Assembly: GCA_951406725.2 (NCBI GenBank) | Contig: OX597832.1 | Span: 70,742,001-70,806,000, forward strand | Direction: 5' to 3' | DNA from: Octopus vulgaris | Taxonomy: Eukaryota | DNA length: 64,000 nucleotides | Part shown: positions 23,091 to 37,539 of the stretch, piece by piece | Numbering within the stretch: position 1 is the first letter of the stretch | Layout of the letters: every line of letters begins with the position of its first letter | Notes under the pieces: generated by a model | Seen by the model: the letters and a program-made list of their open reading frames with translations, nothing else | Database searches by the model: none | What the model was told of the DNA's origin: nothing | Program-made: the position numbers and the translations under genes

Positions 23091-25030
23091 GCATCCCCCA
23101 CACATGGATCCTCGAAACACTAGCCATTAACAAAGTAGCACCAACAATCATAACATTCATAGAGCACTCTATGAATATATGGCAAACAGTCCTACACCTC
23201 CAAACAAAAGAGGGACTCATGAAAACCAAAGACATCCCCATTAGAAGAGGAATATTCCAGGGAGACACGCTCTCTCCACTCCTTTTCTGCTTGGCACTGT
23301 CACCTCTATCTGATATGCTAAATAGAACTGGATGCGGATATAAATGTTACGGCAAAACGATCAGTCACCTTTTATATATGGATGACCTAAAACTATACGC
23401 TGCAAATGACAAACAGCTGGAAACACTATTAAAGACAGTTCATGGATTTACCAAAGAAATAGATATGAAATTTGGATTAGAAAATGCGCCAAAGTAACCT
23501 TGAAAAGAGGAAAACTAGTTAAGAGTAACAACATCACACTAGATAAAACCAATGAAATAAAAGAATTAGACCAAAGCCAAACTTACAAATACTTAGGAAT
23601 CCATGAACTAGATAAGACACAACAGACACAAATGAAAGAGAAAATAAAAAAAGAATATTATAGACGAGTTAGATCAATACTAAACACAGAGCTCAATGCT
23701 AAAAACAAGATAATAGGTATCAACACTTTAGCTGTCCCAGTTATAAGTTACAGCTACAATATCCTTAACTGGACACGAAATGAACTGACCAAAATAGATA
23801 GGAAAACAAGAAAAATAATGACATGATCAGGATGCATCACCCAAAATCTGACATAGAAAGACTATATATACAACGTATAGAAGGTGGTAGAGGCCTTATA
23901 CAGCTGGAAAACTACTATAAAATAACCACCATAGGACTGCAAAAATATCTACTTCAGAAGGAAGGAAAACTGATCCAGATAGCGGCAAAACACGAGCAAA
24001 ACAAAAAACTGTTCTCAGTATTTAAGGAAGCTGACAAATACAAACAAGAAATCATACCACCTAATAAACATGAAGAAGAAGAAGAAGATGAAGAAACAAC
24101 AAAAGCTTTAAAACAAATGAAATCCAAACTAAAAATAGAACAGCAACGAACCATGATAAAACGATGGCAAGAAAAGCCCCTTCATGGTAAATACTGGACT
24201 AAACTAAACGCAAAAGAAATAGACAAAGAAAAATCCCAGCAATGGTTGAGAAGCTCAGGACTCAAAGCAGAAACAGAAGGATTTTTAATTGCAGCACAAG
24301 ACCAAAGCCTCCCCACCAGAAATTACCAAAAACATGTAATGAAAAGAAATATTACAAGTAACTGCAGAATATGTGGAGATGGACAAGAAACAATAAATCA
24401 TATTATCTCTAGCTGCCCAGTCTTGGCTAAGAAGGAATATATTCACAGACATGACAGAGTTGGAACCTACATACATTGGAAGCTATGCCAACATTATGGA
24501 ATAACAACAGAAAAAAGATGGTATAGGCACACACCAGAAAAGGTCACAGAAAACGAGAAAGCAACCATACTCTGGGATATGCCGATACGCACAGATAGAG
24601 AAATTAAGGCCAACAGACCAGATATAGTTGTCAGAGATCATGAAGAAAAAAAATGCTTTCTAATTGATGTATCAATACCGGCTGATGACAACGTGTCTCT
24701 AAAAGAAATGGAGAAACTCTCAAAATACAAAGACCTGGAAATAGAGGTAACCAGAATGTGGAATCTGAAAACAGAAACAATTCCTATCATAGTAGGTGCA
24801 TTAGGCATGATAAAAAAATATTCAGACAAATACATAACAAAAACACCAGGACTTACAAACACATATAACATACAGAAAATTGCACTACTAGGCAGTGCAC
24901 ACATCCTACGCAGAACACTTTCCATACAATAACCATCAGAGCATCACAACAAATCACAGCACATACCCAAGGCACACAGAGCTGTGCTCGGTAGTGAAGT
25001 GAAAGCACGCTATAAAAATAAAACTACTGA
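23089..25030 (+). mobile_element. R4/Dong-type LINE family A, 5'-truncated, frameshifted
   Basis: GIFQGDTLSPLLF, LYMDD, YKYLG, CRICG..HIISSC, RPDIV..IDV..KY. Near-identical to 49083-51024. (TAA)n on both sides. Confidence 0.95.
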
Positions 25031-25033
25031 ATA

Positions 25034-25118
<85 letters not shown>

Positions 25119-25120
<2 letters not shown>

Positions 25121-25799
25121 TAACAAGTAACTGCAGAATATGTGGAGATGGACAGGAAACAATAAAACATATTATCTCTGGCTGCCCAGTCCTGGCTAAG
25201 AAGGAATATATTCACAGACATGACAGAGTTGGAACCTACATACACTGGAAGCTATGCCAACATTATGGAATAACAACAGAAAAAAGATGGTATAGGCACA
25301 CACCAGAAAAGGTCACAGGAAACGAAAAAGCAACCATACTCTGGGATATGCCTATACACACAGATAGAGAAATTAAGGCCAACAGACCAGATATAGTTGT
25401 CAGAGATCATGAAGAAAAAAAATGCTTTCTAATTGATGTATCAATACCGGCAGATGACAACGTGTCTCTAAAAGAACTGGAGGGACTTTCAAAATACAAA
25501 AACCTGGAAATAGAGGTAACCAGAATGTGGAATCTGAAAACAGAAACAATTCCTATCATAGTAGGTGCATTAGGCATGATAAAAAAATATTCAGAGAAAT
25601 ACATAACAAAAACACCAGGACTTACAAACACATATAACATACAGAAAATTGCACTACTAGGCAGTGCACACATCCTACGCAGAACGCTTTCCATACAATA
25701 ACCATCAGAGCATCACAACAAATCACAGCACATACATAAGGCACACAGAGCGGCGCTCGGTAGTGAAGTGAAAGCACGCTATAAAAATAAAACTACTGA
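25119..25799 (+). mobile_element. R4/Dong-type family A 3' fragment (CCHC + RLE + 3' UTR)
   Basis: Tandem to the previous copy and separated from it by (TAA)n; ends aaaataaaactactga(ata)n. Confidence 0.95.
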
Positions 25800-26063
<264 letters not shown>

Positions 26064-26515
26064 ACTTTTTTTTTCTTCTTTCAAATTTGCTTCCATTTCT
26101 TGCCGAGTGTCTTCCCGACTCCTAGGGCAAAGAAACTCATAGTATTCATTGGTAGGCCATTAAACCAAACTCAATAGTTCGTTCATTTTTTTTTTAAGTT
26201 AAATTAAAATACATGAGCAGCAACAGTTCTCACATCGACAATGCTCTTCTCAATACGTGTGATGTACCAGTTAAGACAATCTTTTGCACTTCTTGCAGGG
26301 ATGGTAAGCCAGGGATCATTCTCATATAATTTTCGGTTCCCTTTTTGATCATTTCTAGTGCTCCTACGATCACTGGTATTGTAACCGCCTTGAGATGCCA
26401 CATTTTCTCAATTTCAATGAGTAGGTCTTTATATTTTCTGAGCTTGTCAAACTCTTTCGCTGAGATATTATGATCACAGGGGATGCTCATGTCGATCAAT
26501 AAGCAAACTTTATTG

Positions 26516-26518
<3 letters not shown>
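26064..26518 (-). mobile_element. R4/Dong-type LINE family B 3' fragment
   Basis: IDMSIPCDHNISAKEFDKLRKYKDL..IPVIVGAL; matches 40842-41302. Confidence 0.92.
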
Positions 26519-26570
<52 letters not shown>

Positions 26571-26592
26571 TTTTATTTTTATTATTATTATT

Positions 26593-26790
26593 CTATGTTT
26601 GACATTTGCTTTACATTTACACAAGCTGGCTCCAAGTCTCATCCAGAGGCCGCAAGAGACAAGTTGAAAGTTCGGGTTGGTGTTATTCCTAGGGTGCCAT
26701 ATATTTGGTTTCGTACTTAGTGTTGTACTAGTGAATGTCTAAAAAACCATACGAAAATTATGTTTGTTTTAAAACTTGAGATTACATAGA
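26593..26790 (-). mobile_element. R4/Dong-type family C-like 3' UTR fragment
   Basis: Similar to 56865-57075 in reverse orientation; embedded in (TTA)n. Confidence 0.7.
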
Positions 26791-26873
<83 letters not shown>

Positions 26874-27038
26874 TCCAGTGTCACTTTGATGGTATGCAAT
26901 GCTCTCTCACCTAATAATAAAAATAAAAATAAATGTAACTCGTAACAAATGTTTTGAGCGTCTTTTTCTTTCATTTGTCCAATCATTTATATATATGTGC
27001 GTGTGTGTTTGTGAGTGTGTATTTACATGTGTATGTAT

Positions 27039-27151
<113 letters not shown>

Positions 27152-27539
27152 CGCATATACATACACGTCCGTTTAATGTTAACCCTCATGTCGAAAAGAA
27201 GCATTTAATTTTATAGTTGCGATTAATGGTGCATTTTATTTGTCTTGAGTCCAAACTCTTGCTACTCCGAGTTTCCCCTGTGGGTGCACAAGGTTTTCAG
27301 GTAAGTTACTAGTGGGGAAAAACATGAAATTTTCACATTGGTATATAGGATTCGTGGCGCAGAGTATATTGGGAGAGATAATGTGATGAAGGGGTAAAAA
27401 AAAGGAAACACTTCATCTCTGTCTATATGTGAGGGACAGGGTTGAGTTTACATGTGGACGAGTGAGAGTGTGTGTGAGGTTTTGTCAAACTTTATATCAC
27501 AACTTTACATTTCTTCATGATGAAACAATGCAAAATATA

Positions 27540-28305
27540 TTCTTGTCTACTCTAGGGACAAGGCCCGAAATTTTGGGGATTAGATCGACTCCAGTACGCA
27601 ACTGGTACATATTTTATCGAAAGAATGAAAGGCAAAGTCGACCTCTGCGGAATCTGAACTCAGAACGTAAAGACAGACGAAATACATATTTCTTTACTAC
27701 CCACAAGAGGCTAAACACAGAGAGGACAAACAAGGACAGACAAACGGATTAAGTCGATTACATCGACCCCAGTACATAACTGGTACTTATTTAATCGACA
27801 CCGGAAGCATGAAAGGCAAAGTCGACCTCGGCGGAATTTGAACTCAGAACGTAGCGGCGGACGAAATACCTATAATCAGACGAAATACCTATTTATTTAC
27901 TACCCACAATGGCCTAAACACAGAGGGGACAAACAAGGACAGACAAACGGTTTAAGTCGATTATATCGATTCCAGTGCATAACTGGTACTTATTTAATCG
28001 ACCCTGAAAGGATGAAAGGCAAAGTCGACCTCGGCGGAATTTGAACTCAGAACGTAGCGGCGGACGAAATACCTATTTCTTTACTACCCACAAGGGGCTA
28101 AACCAATAGGGGACAAACAAGGACAGACAAACGGATTAAGGCGATTACATCGACCCCAGTGCATAACTGGTACTGAATTTATCGACTCCGAAAGAATGAA
28201 AGGTAAAGTCGACCTCGGTGGAATTTGAACTCAGAACGTAACGGCAGCCTAAATACTGCTAAGCATTCCGGCCGGCGTGCTAACGGTTCTGCCAGCTCGA
28301 AGCCT
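27540..28305 (-). mobile_element. SINE family 2 concatemer: one head plus four ~184-bp units
   Basis: gaactcagaacgta recurs near 27655, 27838, 28041 and 28225, with a single head at ~28260-28305. Confidence 0.88.
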
Positions 28306-28764
28306 TCTTCTGTAGAAAATATATTACTACACAGTAAACGTACTTAGTTGTCATTCACATCTTTCTCTCTCTCACTGTCTCTCACTCTCTCACTGTGTCT
28401 TTCTATTTCTCTTTCTTTGTTTGTCACTTTGTCTACCTCTGTCGCTCTTCCCCTTTCTCTCTCATTAGTTCTTATCTCTCAGTCTACTAATATTTCTCAA
28501 AACTCATCGTCCTTATGAACCATCCGCAAATATTCTCCACACACACAAACACAAAGTAATCGACTTGCACTCACCCACCCACTCAAACACATACCACAAC
28601 TGTCAATCATCCCCTTCCAGTCTCTCTTTTCTTCTCTCCCATTCTTTTCTGTATAAATACACGACAAAAATATGATGTATACTGCATATTTGTGTGCATG
28701 AATATACATACTTACATACATACATACACAATTACATACATACACATATATATATATATGCATG

Positions 28765-28810
<46 letters not shown>

Positions 28811-29499
28811 AACACACACACACATATATATATATATAAGTGCATGTGTATATATGCACGCGTATACAGTCATACATACATGCAATACACATATACATGT
28901 GTGTGTGAGTGTGTGTGCGCGCGATCGTTATTATATAATCACCAATCCTTACTACTATTTAACAACTCATTTACAAAATAATTGCTTCATCTCATCAGAT
29001 AAACTTCCTTTACATCGATACATTAATGTACACGCTTAACTACATACTTACGTACAGATACTTTCATAGAATGCATGTGTTTATACACACACATATATAG
29101 ATAGATACATAGATATATATATACGTAGTTGTGTACAAACATTGTATATAGATGTATATATTTCTGGGGCGGGGAGAGAGTAAGTGATAAAGTAAATATA
29201 TATTTCCAGAATATTTGAGTAGGATTTCTCATAATCATGGCTTATGTTACTCTTAAGTCTACTAAATTATAACCAAACTGGAAAGATAAGAAGTCTTTAC
29301 AGTTTTACATACACAGCAGCATATTTATTCATAAATATGCAGCACGGAATTATATATATATATATATATATGTTTCTGTGTGTATGTGTGGGTGAATATA
29401 TATATATATATATATATAGGTCCAAGAGTTTCGTGCGTATATATCATATATACACCCAGACATACCCACGCAATTTTTTTTTCTTTTACTTTTTAGCAA

Positions 29500-29740
29500 T
29501 GTAAGTCATTGGACTGCGACCATGCTGGGGCACCGCTATCAAAGTTTTTAGTCGAACAAATAGACTATAGTATTCATATTCTTTGCATTAAATCGGGTAC
29601 CTATTCTCTCGGTTCTTCGAATTCATCCCCTAGCACATACACAAAAAGAAAGAAAACCTTGACATTGGCCTAAAAAAAGGAACTCTGGTTGCCATGCGGT
29701 TGGCGGGAGTAACAAACACAGATTGAAAGAGACACACACG
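29500..29740 (-). mobile_element. Degenerate SINE family 1 3' half interrupted by a 43-bp local duplicate
   Basis: gtcattggactgcgaccatgctggggcaccgc matches the family tail in reverse. Confidence 0.6.
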
Positions 29741-32174
29741 TAAGCATATATATATTAATGAAATAAATGGTCGTTACTCAGACTTTTCCATTTTCACATT
29801 GCGGTTGATTTGCAGAATCCTTTGTGCTTCGGAGAAATATCGTGCAATATATTTTGAGACTCTTTATGTTTGGAGACCAAATCTCACCGATGCTAGCATT
29901 GCCATTGATCCTTCCGACCTCGTTGAAGGGAAGTACAAGTTGAGGATTTAGTTGGACGCAATCGATGTGTGTGTGTGTGTTTGTGCTTAGGTCAAATTTG
30001 GTGTTCATTAGCACACAGTTTCAAACTACTTTCCTGTAGAATGTAAATAAATGTAAATACCTGTTGTTATTCTCTTTGCAGACGAAACTGCAAACGAGGC
30101 GATATTGCCCTGTTTCATGTCTGGTTGTCGACTCTTCAGCGAATAAATCTAACCGCCAATGAAATCCAGCAAACAACAAATCCTAGCTTACATCACTAGA
30201 CTGACTTGATTATTGTACATGCACCAGTCGTGTGATTAAATATTTAATCAATAGCTTATTCACAAAATATGTGCGTTCAAAAAAAACCTACAATTTTCAA
30301 TACTTATGGTGTTACCACTAGATAGATGGTTTTATTCTTTAATCATCCCCTAGCACATACACAAAAAGAAAGAAAACCTTGACATGTTTTATAGCTATTT
30401 GCCTTGTTAATGTTTAGGTAGCCGTCACACTTCAAACCACGAACAAAGCCAGATATCAATCGCTATTTATATCATAAAATATGTTCTCAAATAAAAATTT
30501 ACTTGGTGATTTAAAAAGCGATTATTATCCAGTTCCCTCCGTGAGCTGAGGAATGTGGTGTGTGGAGTGTCCCAAAATAACTACTATGAAATCTGTCGAG
30601 ATAATCGTTTTATTTTCTTTCTACACACAGAATAATAAGAGAGTGAGCGAACTACAATTCATAGATTTAATAACCATATCGGCGTTAAAGTTGAAATGTT
30701 TTTACATCGTTTCTACAGCATTTTCTTTTTTTTTTTATCTTACCAAGTGTAAGAAAGTCACAAAAACTCACAGCTGAATTTGCTGAACTGTTAAAACAGT
30801 TCCCATGCAGTTGTTGGACCTATAAGATAACAGCGATCAGTTTCATCTCTAATCACACTGTTCGAAACGTCGAATGATGGAGTCAGCGGTATATTATGGC
30901 AGAGTAAAAGATTGCATTACTAGCAAAAATTATGCCACTTCATAATGTACTAGTAATTTTTTTTTAATAGCGCATTCATTAATGTGCATTGATTTAGAGG
31001 GCCGATAGGTGGTGCCTAAGGGAGCTCTAAATTTATAGCTTGCCATTTCACCTCCATGGGTCACACATATCACCAACTTTTGACTGATTACTTCTTCTCC
31101 TCTTTCTATGAACAACAATTTTTGCTTCTAAATCTTCCTCATCACGTGCCAACTTTCACCATTTTGCAAATGCATACCGACAATCATACTTCTCAGCTCT
31201 TCTCTTACGCAAACCCACACGTTGTTGTGTCGATACGCATACCCACTCACACCCACAAACACTGCCGCTGCCGTCAACTAGTCATTTTTTTAACACTAAC
31301 CTTCTTCACTAACCTTCTTCACTCGCTCTAACCTAAGATTAAAAAAATACCGACTGTTTCATTTCATTCACTAAAAGCACCCGGTGTTTAACTTTTCTTA
31401 TTCTCTTTTCACTCTCTTGATAAAGTCCTCTGATCAAAACATTGATGGGTTTTTTTTCCTTAATAGAAAATATAAATATGTTTGTATTATATGTCATAGT
31501 ATTTTTTCTCAGTATAATAGCAAAATGAAAAGCAACGGTCTATCTACGACAAGATGTCTATGAGCAACATCGTGACTTCGAGTTTTAATATAAAACAACA
31601 TCAATAAGAATCATTAGCATCATCATCACCATTTCCTCCGTCTGATACAAATTGTCTTGGATGGAATGCTTTTGATCACAGATCTCTTCAATCAGAGACA
31701 ACAACAACAATATTAGGGTTTTCACTCAGAAATCATAAATTGGGGTCCAGACAACTTCTCACAATAAATTGATTTTACAAAAAATATTTCGTGAAGATTC
31801 AGTTTCTTTCGCCTATTTAGAATTTCAGGTGAATTATATTTACTTTTACCTCACTCTCTATAACTACAGGTCTATTTATATATATCAGTCTATCTATCTA
31901 TCAATATATGGGTGGGGTGTATATGTGTGAGAGATGGGGTTACCTGTCTCTCTCACAAATACCCACGCTTTGTTTATGTCTCCGGTGTTGTTTTGTTTAT
32001 GTTTCCGTAACTTGACGAAAAAGACCGATAGAATAAGTACTACACTTTTAAAAAGTGCTAACCGCAATTTCTTCGAGTAAATCCTTCAAGGTGGTGCCCC
32101 AGCAGGGGCTCACTTTTATAGCTGAAACAAGTTAAAGAGATATAAAAGATTTATACATATACATATATCCTTAC

Positions 32175-32763
32175 ATACAGGATTGGTTGTGTAGTAAGAT
32201 GCTACACAAGATGGCGAGCTGGCAGAATCGATAGCACGCCGGGCGAAATGCTTTGCGGTATTTCGCCCGCCGCTGCGTTCTGAGTTCAAATTCCGCCGAC
32301 GTCGACTTTACCTTTCATCCTTTCGGGGTCGATAAATTAAGTACCAGTTACGCACTGGGGTCGATGTAATCGACTTAATCCGTTTGTCTGTCCTTGCTTG
32401 TTCCCTCTGTGTTTATCCCCTTGTGGGTAGTAAAGAAATAGGTATTTCGTTTGTCTCTACGTTCTGGGTTCAAATTCCGCCGAGGTCGACTTTGCCTTTC
32501 ATCCTTTCGGGGTCGATAAATTAAGTACCAGTTACGCACTTGGGTCAATGTAATCGACTTAATTCCTTTGTCTGTCCTTGTTTGTCCCCTCTATGTTTAG
32601 CCCCTTGTGGGCAATAAAGAAATAAGATGCTTGCTTCCCAACCACATGGTTTTGGGTTCTGTCACACTGCGAAGCTCCTTCGGCAAGTGTTTTCTACTAT
32701 AGCCACGGGCCGACCAAAGCCTTGTGAATGGGTTTGGTAGACGGAAACTGAAAGAGGCGCGTC

Positions 32764-32825
<62 letters not shown>

Positions 32826-33022
32826 GTGTCTGTGTTCCGCTACCATCACTTGACAACCGTTGTTGGTGTGTTTTACGCCCTAATAACCTAGCGGTTCGGC
32901 AAAGGCGACTGGTAGAATAAGTACTAGGCTTACAAGGACTAAATACTGAGGTCCATTTGTTCAAATGAAGACAGTGCTCCAGCATGGCTGCAATCAAATG
33001 ACTGAAACAAAAGAGTCAAAGA
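32175..33022 (+). mobile_element. SINE family 1 with a nested two-unit SINE family 2 (about 32210-32625)
   Basis: The family-1 head (gtagtaagatgct) resumes at 32625 (aagatgcttgcttcccaaccac); aagatgct is duplicated around the insert. Confidence 0.8.
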
Positions 33023-33910
33023 ATATACATACATACATACTTATTCGCACGCGCGCAAACTCTCACACTCACATTCATGTGTGTGCGTGTGTGTTTGTCT
33101 GTGTGTGTGACTGTGTGAATCGTATGACAAACTGCTAAGTGCTCTCTTGTGTATACAATATTTTTAGAGAACATTCTACAATACAAACTAAATATATCTA
33201 TTTATCTATCTATCCCTATGCACACACACACACACACGCACACACACACATATATATATCATGCCAATACATTCTTTTCACATTTCTCGCTCTCTCTCAG
33301 TCTGTTTCTTTCTTTTTCTCTTTCTCATTCTCTCTTACTTTCTCTCGTTGTCTGAGACTTCATGGAAACTTTTCATTTATTCGACCCATTCCTCTCCCCA
33401 TCCCCCATTCTTCTCCTTTCTCTCTTCTTACTTCTTACGGTCTCTCCTTGACTTCATATAAACATATATAAGCCATAAGTCCTTTCTCGTTCTTTATTGA
33501 AATAATTGTCGTCTGCTTGGAAGACGAACGACTAATGTAATGTCTTTATCGGCCAATATTGATCTGTGTGATACTATGTGATATTGTGTGATAATGCTGT
33601 GCATTTTGATAAACTTAATTCGATTTTGCAAAGGGTATTATTATCACAGAATTATTATTGTCAGAAGCAATCTAATCTATTTATTTATAACCTTGTATTT
33701 TCTCCGTTCCATTTTAGAGAAATACCTGAGAGACTGAAAATACTTAACTCCGCTCTACACCATTTTCAGTCGTCGATTATTCTTCAACTTGTTTTGTTGT
33801 TCTTTTTATTGTAGCTCTGCTTGTCTTTTCCTTTTTCCTCTTTTTCTTAATCTTCTTTGTATTATAATCATTGTTATACTTGTTGCCAATATTGCTGTTG
33901 ATATCGTCAT

Positions 33911-33960
<50 letters not shown>

Positions 33961-34276
33961 TTATAATAATTATTATTAAGAAGGTGGTAAAATCATTAGA
34001 GTTTCGGGAAATGTGACTTGCAGTATTTCTTCCGACTCTTTATGTTCTAAGTTCAAATGCCATCATGGTTGGCTTTGTTTTTCATCCTTTTGTGAGTTAA
34101 TGAAGCGAAATACCAAACAAATTCAGCGGTCGGTGCAAACGACTGTCCCCTGTTCCTCAAATTTCATGGATGAGTGGCAAAGTTGAACACAGAATATATT
34201 GTCTACGAAGAAATATAGCTAGGCAATTTGTTCGACAACTTAACGGTTCTACAAGCAGCAGTAGTAGTAGTAGTAA

Positions 34277-34344
<68 letters not shown>

Positions 34345-34346
<2 letters not shown>

Positions 34347-35215
34347 TGGAGTGGAGATTTCCGAAAAGTGACAGAAACTAGCAGAATTCAAGGAGGAAAG
34401 AAAGAACATCAGGACACAAAAATATTAAAAAATGGAACTACATAACCAATTCAAGCAACAGACTTGGAGTGTTAGAAGAAAAGACTGCTGGATCTGGTTT
34501 ATGGATGGGAACATGAAACGAGAGACAGAAACACTAATTATAACCGCTCAAGAAAAGCAATTCTAACAAGCTGATAAAAGCAAAGATCGACAGAACTCAG
34601 TCAGACTGCAAATGTAAAATCTGGAGAAAAGGAAATAAATGTATCAATCACCTTTTGAGCGAGTGCAGTATACTATCATAAAAGGAGTATAAATACAGAC
34701 ATGACTGCGTAGGCAAAAGGGTGCATTGGAATGTAAGTCGATTTTGTGGATTCTGAACAATAGAAAACTGGTATCAACATGAACCAGAGGTTGTGAGCAA
34801 AAAATAAGAATTACAAGATTTTGAAGGATTTCCCCATAAAGACTGACCATGCTATTAAAGCAAAAGAAGAAACAGAAACAGATCATAGAGGAGAAATGAA
34901 ACAGTGTAAGATCATTGATTTTGCAATTTCTTATGATAGCTGAGTCAATACCAAAGAATTTCAAGTAATTTAGAAATATCAGGATCTTCCCAGAGAGCTG
35001 AAGAGACTGGAAGATCAAGACAAGGTATATTCTTTGAAGTAATTAGTTCTCTCGGCACAACACCTAAAATGCCATCTAAAAGACCGAAAGGAATTGGAAT
35101 TGAAACTCACATTGTTGACCTACAGGAAAGTATCATCCGTTACTGTAAAAGAAACCTAAGAAATATTCTTGTAATTTGAGGAGAGTTGTTGTCACCGCTC
35201 CTCAAAATAAGATAT
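34345..35215 (+). mobile_element. Old R4/Dong-type 3' remnant
   Basis: Decayed KRETETLIITAQ, YKYRHD, IIDFAI and VISSLGTTP motifs. Confidence 0.65.
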
Positions 35216-36169
35216 TTGTTAATCAAATTAGCAGGCACCTGTGTAATATCAATCTGTTCTGTTTTATTTAAAGTCATTTCCGGACCAAACTTACATCGGT
35301 TCATTACTCAAAGATTTCGAACTGAACAGATGCCAAACATTAAATTACTTATTTATTTATTTATCCTCTCCATCACCATCAACATCATCCTCACTATTAT
35401 CACCACCATCATCCATATAATCATCACCAACTCCATCATCATCCTCACAACCGCCACTAACACCACTGCCACCACTGTAAGAACTGTCATCATCATCGTC
35501 ATCATTATCATCATTATCCTCATCAACTACAACAACAACAACATTGTCACTATCTCAACCGACACCTTCATCAGCAGCATCATTGACAGTGCCAACATGG
35601 TGATGATTATTTTCAGCAGCAGCAACTATAGCAACAGCAATGTCACCATCACCATCACCACCATCATCACCATCAGCAGCAGCTTCATGATCAGCAACAA
35701 TAACAACAGCATCTTGTTTTTGTTTTTTCTTTTTGCTTTTCTCTAATAATTGGATTTATGATTATCTAATTATCCAACGTGCAACTACTAATCAGTCCAC
35801 TAATCAATTTTAAATTTGAGAATGTTCCAACGATTATTTATTTATGTTTTTATTTATTAATTATGTTTTCTGTTTTCACTCTTTTCGTTTGTTTTCTTTC
35901 ATTTTCTCTTTTAAAATATTTCTTTGCTTTGTTTCTTTTTTTCTGCGTTTTTTGGGGTTTTTTTTCTTTTTCTTAAAAGGTAGGTCAGCTAATTTAGTTC
36001 ATAGACAGATTTTAACAGTTCGGTACTAGTAATACCAATACTAATACTATTACTACTACAGCAACAACAACAACAACTACCACTACTACCACCACTACTA
36101 CTCTATTACCACTGCTGCTACTACTACTAATAATAACAATAATGATAATAATAATAATTATTATTATTA

Positions 36170-36378
36170 TTTCAAATTTTTGCCACAAGGGCAGCTTCGG
36201 GGCGGGGGTGAGTCGATAACATCGACCCAGTGTTCAACTGGTACTTATTTTATCGATTCCCGAAAGGATGAAAGGCAAAGTCGACCACGGTGGAATTTGA
36301 ACTCAGAACGTAAAGGTGGATGAAATACTGCTAAGTACCTTGTCCGACATGGTAACGATTCTGCCAGCTCAACGCCTT
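36170..36378 (-). mobile_element. SINE family 2 monomer
   Basis: Same head and core as 16085-16480; followed by (AAT)(AAG)n(GAG)n. Confidence 0.8.
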
Positions 36379-36489
36379 CAATAATAATGATAATGAGAAG
36401 AAGAAGAAGAAGAAGAAGAAGAAGAAGAAGAAGAAGAAGAAGAAGAAGAAGGAGGAGGAGGAGGAGGAGAAGGAGGAGGAGGAGGAATA

Positions 36490-37110
36490 CCTTAATAGAA
36501 GATGTAAACTAGTAGAAAGTAACAACATTGGAAATAGAAAATAGTTTGAAGCCAGCAAAAGCAATGTGATTAGTTTAATAAGAAAACATAAAAGAAAATA
36601 TAAAGAAGTCTACTTTTCTTTCTGTAAAGAAGCAGTAAAGTACAAACTAGAAAATAAGTACAGGGAAGAAAAAGATTTTAATGAGGACAAAACAACAACA
36701 AAGAAATAATAAAAGAAAAAAATCAAAATGGAATTCTAAAATATATTAAAGAAGATAAATGAAAAGAGAAACTAGTTTATGACTAAAACGTTGCAAGATC
36801 TGAGAGAAAATGAAAGCTGTCACTGATTGGTTGAAAGACTCCGAAGTAAAAGGAAAGACGAAAGGTCTGAGTTTAGTTGCACAGAAGGAATATCTTGAAT
36901 GTCTAGTCAGAAATAACAACAAAGCTAAAAATAACATAAAACTAGTTCAAATTAAGTGCATACAGTTCGATTAGTATAAATGAGATAATTCGTGACATTA
37001 TTTATCGCTTTTCTTAGCCAGTAGAAAATCGAAGTATAATACAATGTTACAGGGTTTGTCTATAGTGGACTATGGAGATATTTCTATGTGGAAATAGATC
37101 ATCAAGAATC
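36490..37110 (+). mobile_element. Highly decayed R4/Dong-type remnant
   Basis: WLKDSEVKGKTKGL resembles WLRSSGLKAETEG of family A. Confidence 0.4.
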
Positions 37111-37539
37111 CTAAGGAGCATGTTCGTCCCGATTGAGGACAAGACTAAGCTAAATTCAATTATATCGATCCCAGTACTACACTTATATACTTTTTATCGA
37201 TCCTGATGTGTAGAAAAGCAAAGTTGACCAAGGAAGGATCTGAACTCAGAACGTAAAGACCTGGAAGAAATACAGCAAAGCATTTTTCCTACGCTCTAAC
37301 AATTTCGCCAGCTCACTGCCTGAAAATTATCAATAATGGTAGAAGCAGATGGCAGTATAAAGGCGGTAAATTGGCGGAATCGTTAGAGTGTTGGATAGAA
37401 TGTAAGATAGATATCCTTGTAATCTATCTCTGCTCTTGGAGTTCAAATCACTCAGGGGTCAACCTTCCCTTTTATCCTTTCGTGAGCTATTAAGGATTAC
37501 CAATCCATCATCCATGGATGAGAGGAACGGAATGGGAAT

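Noticed and set aside
27540-28305. Regular repeats as a CRISPR-like array
   Set aside because: Whole units repeat with no unique spacers; they are SINE segments in a eukaryotic context.
35186-35746. 186-aa hydrophobic ORF
   Set aside because: Built from cryptic (CAT/CAC/CAA) triplet repeats.
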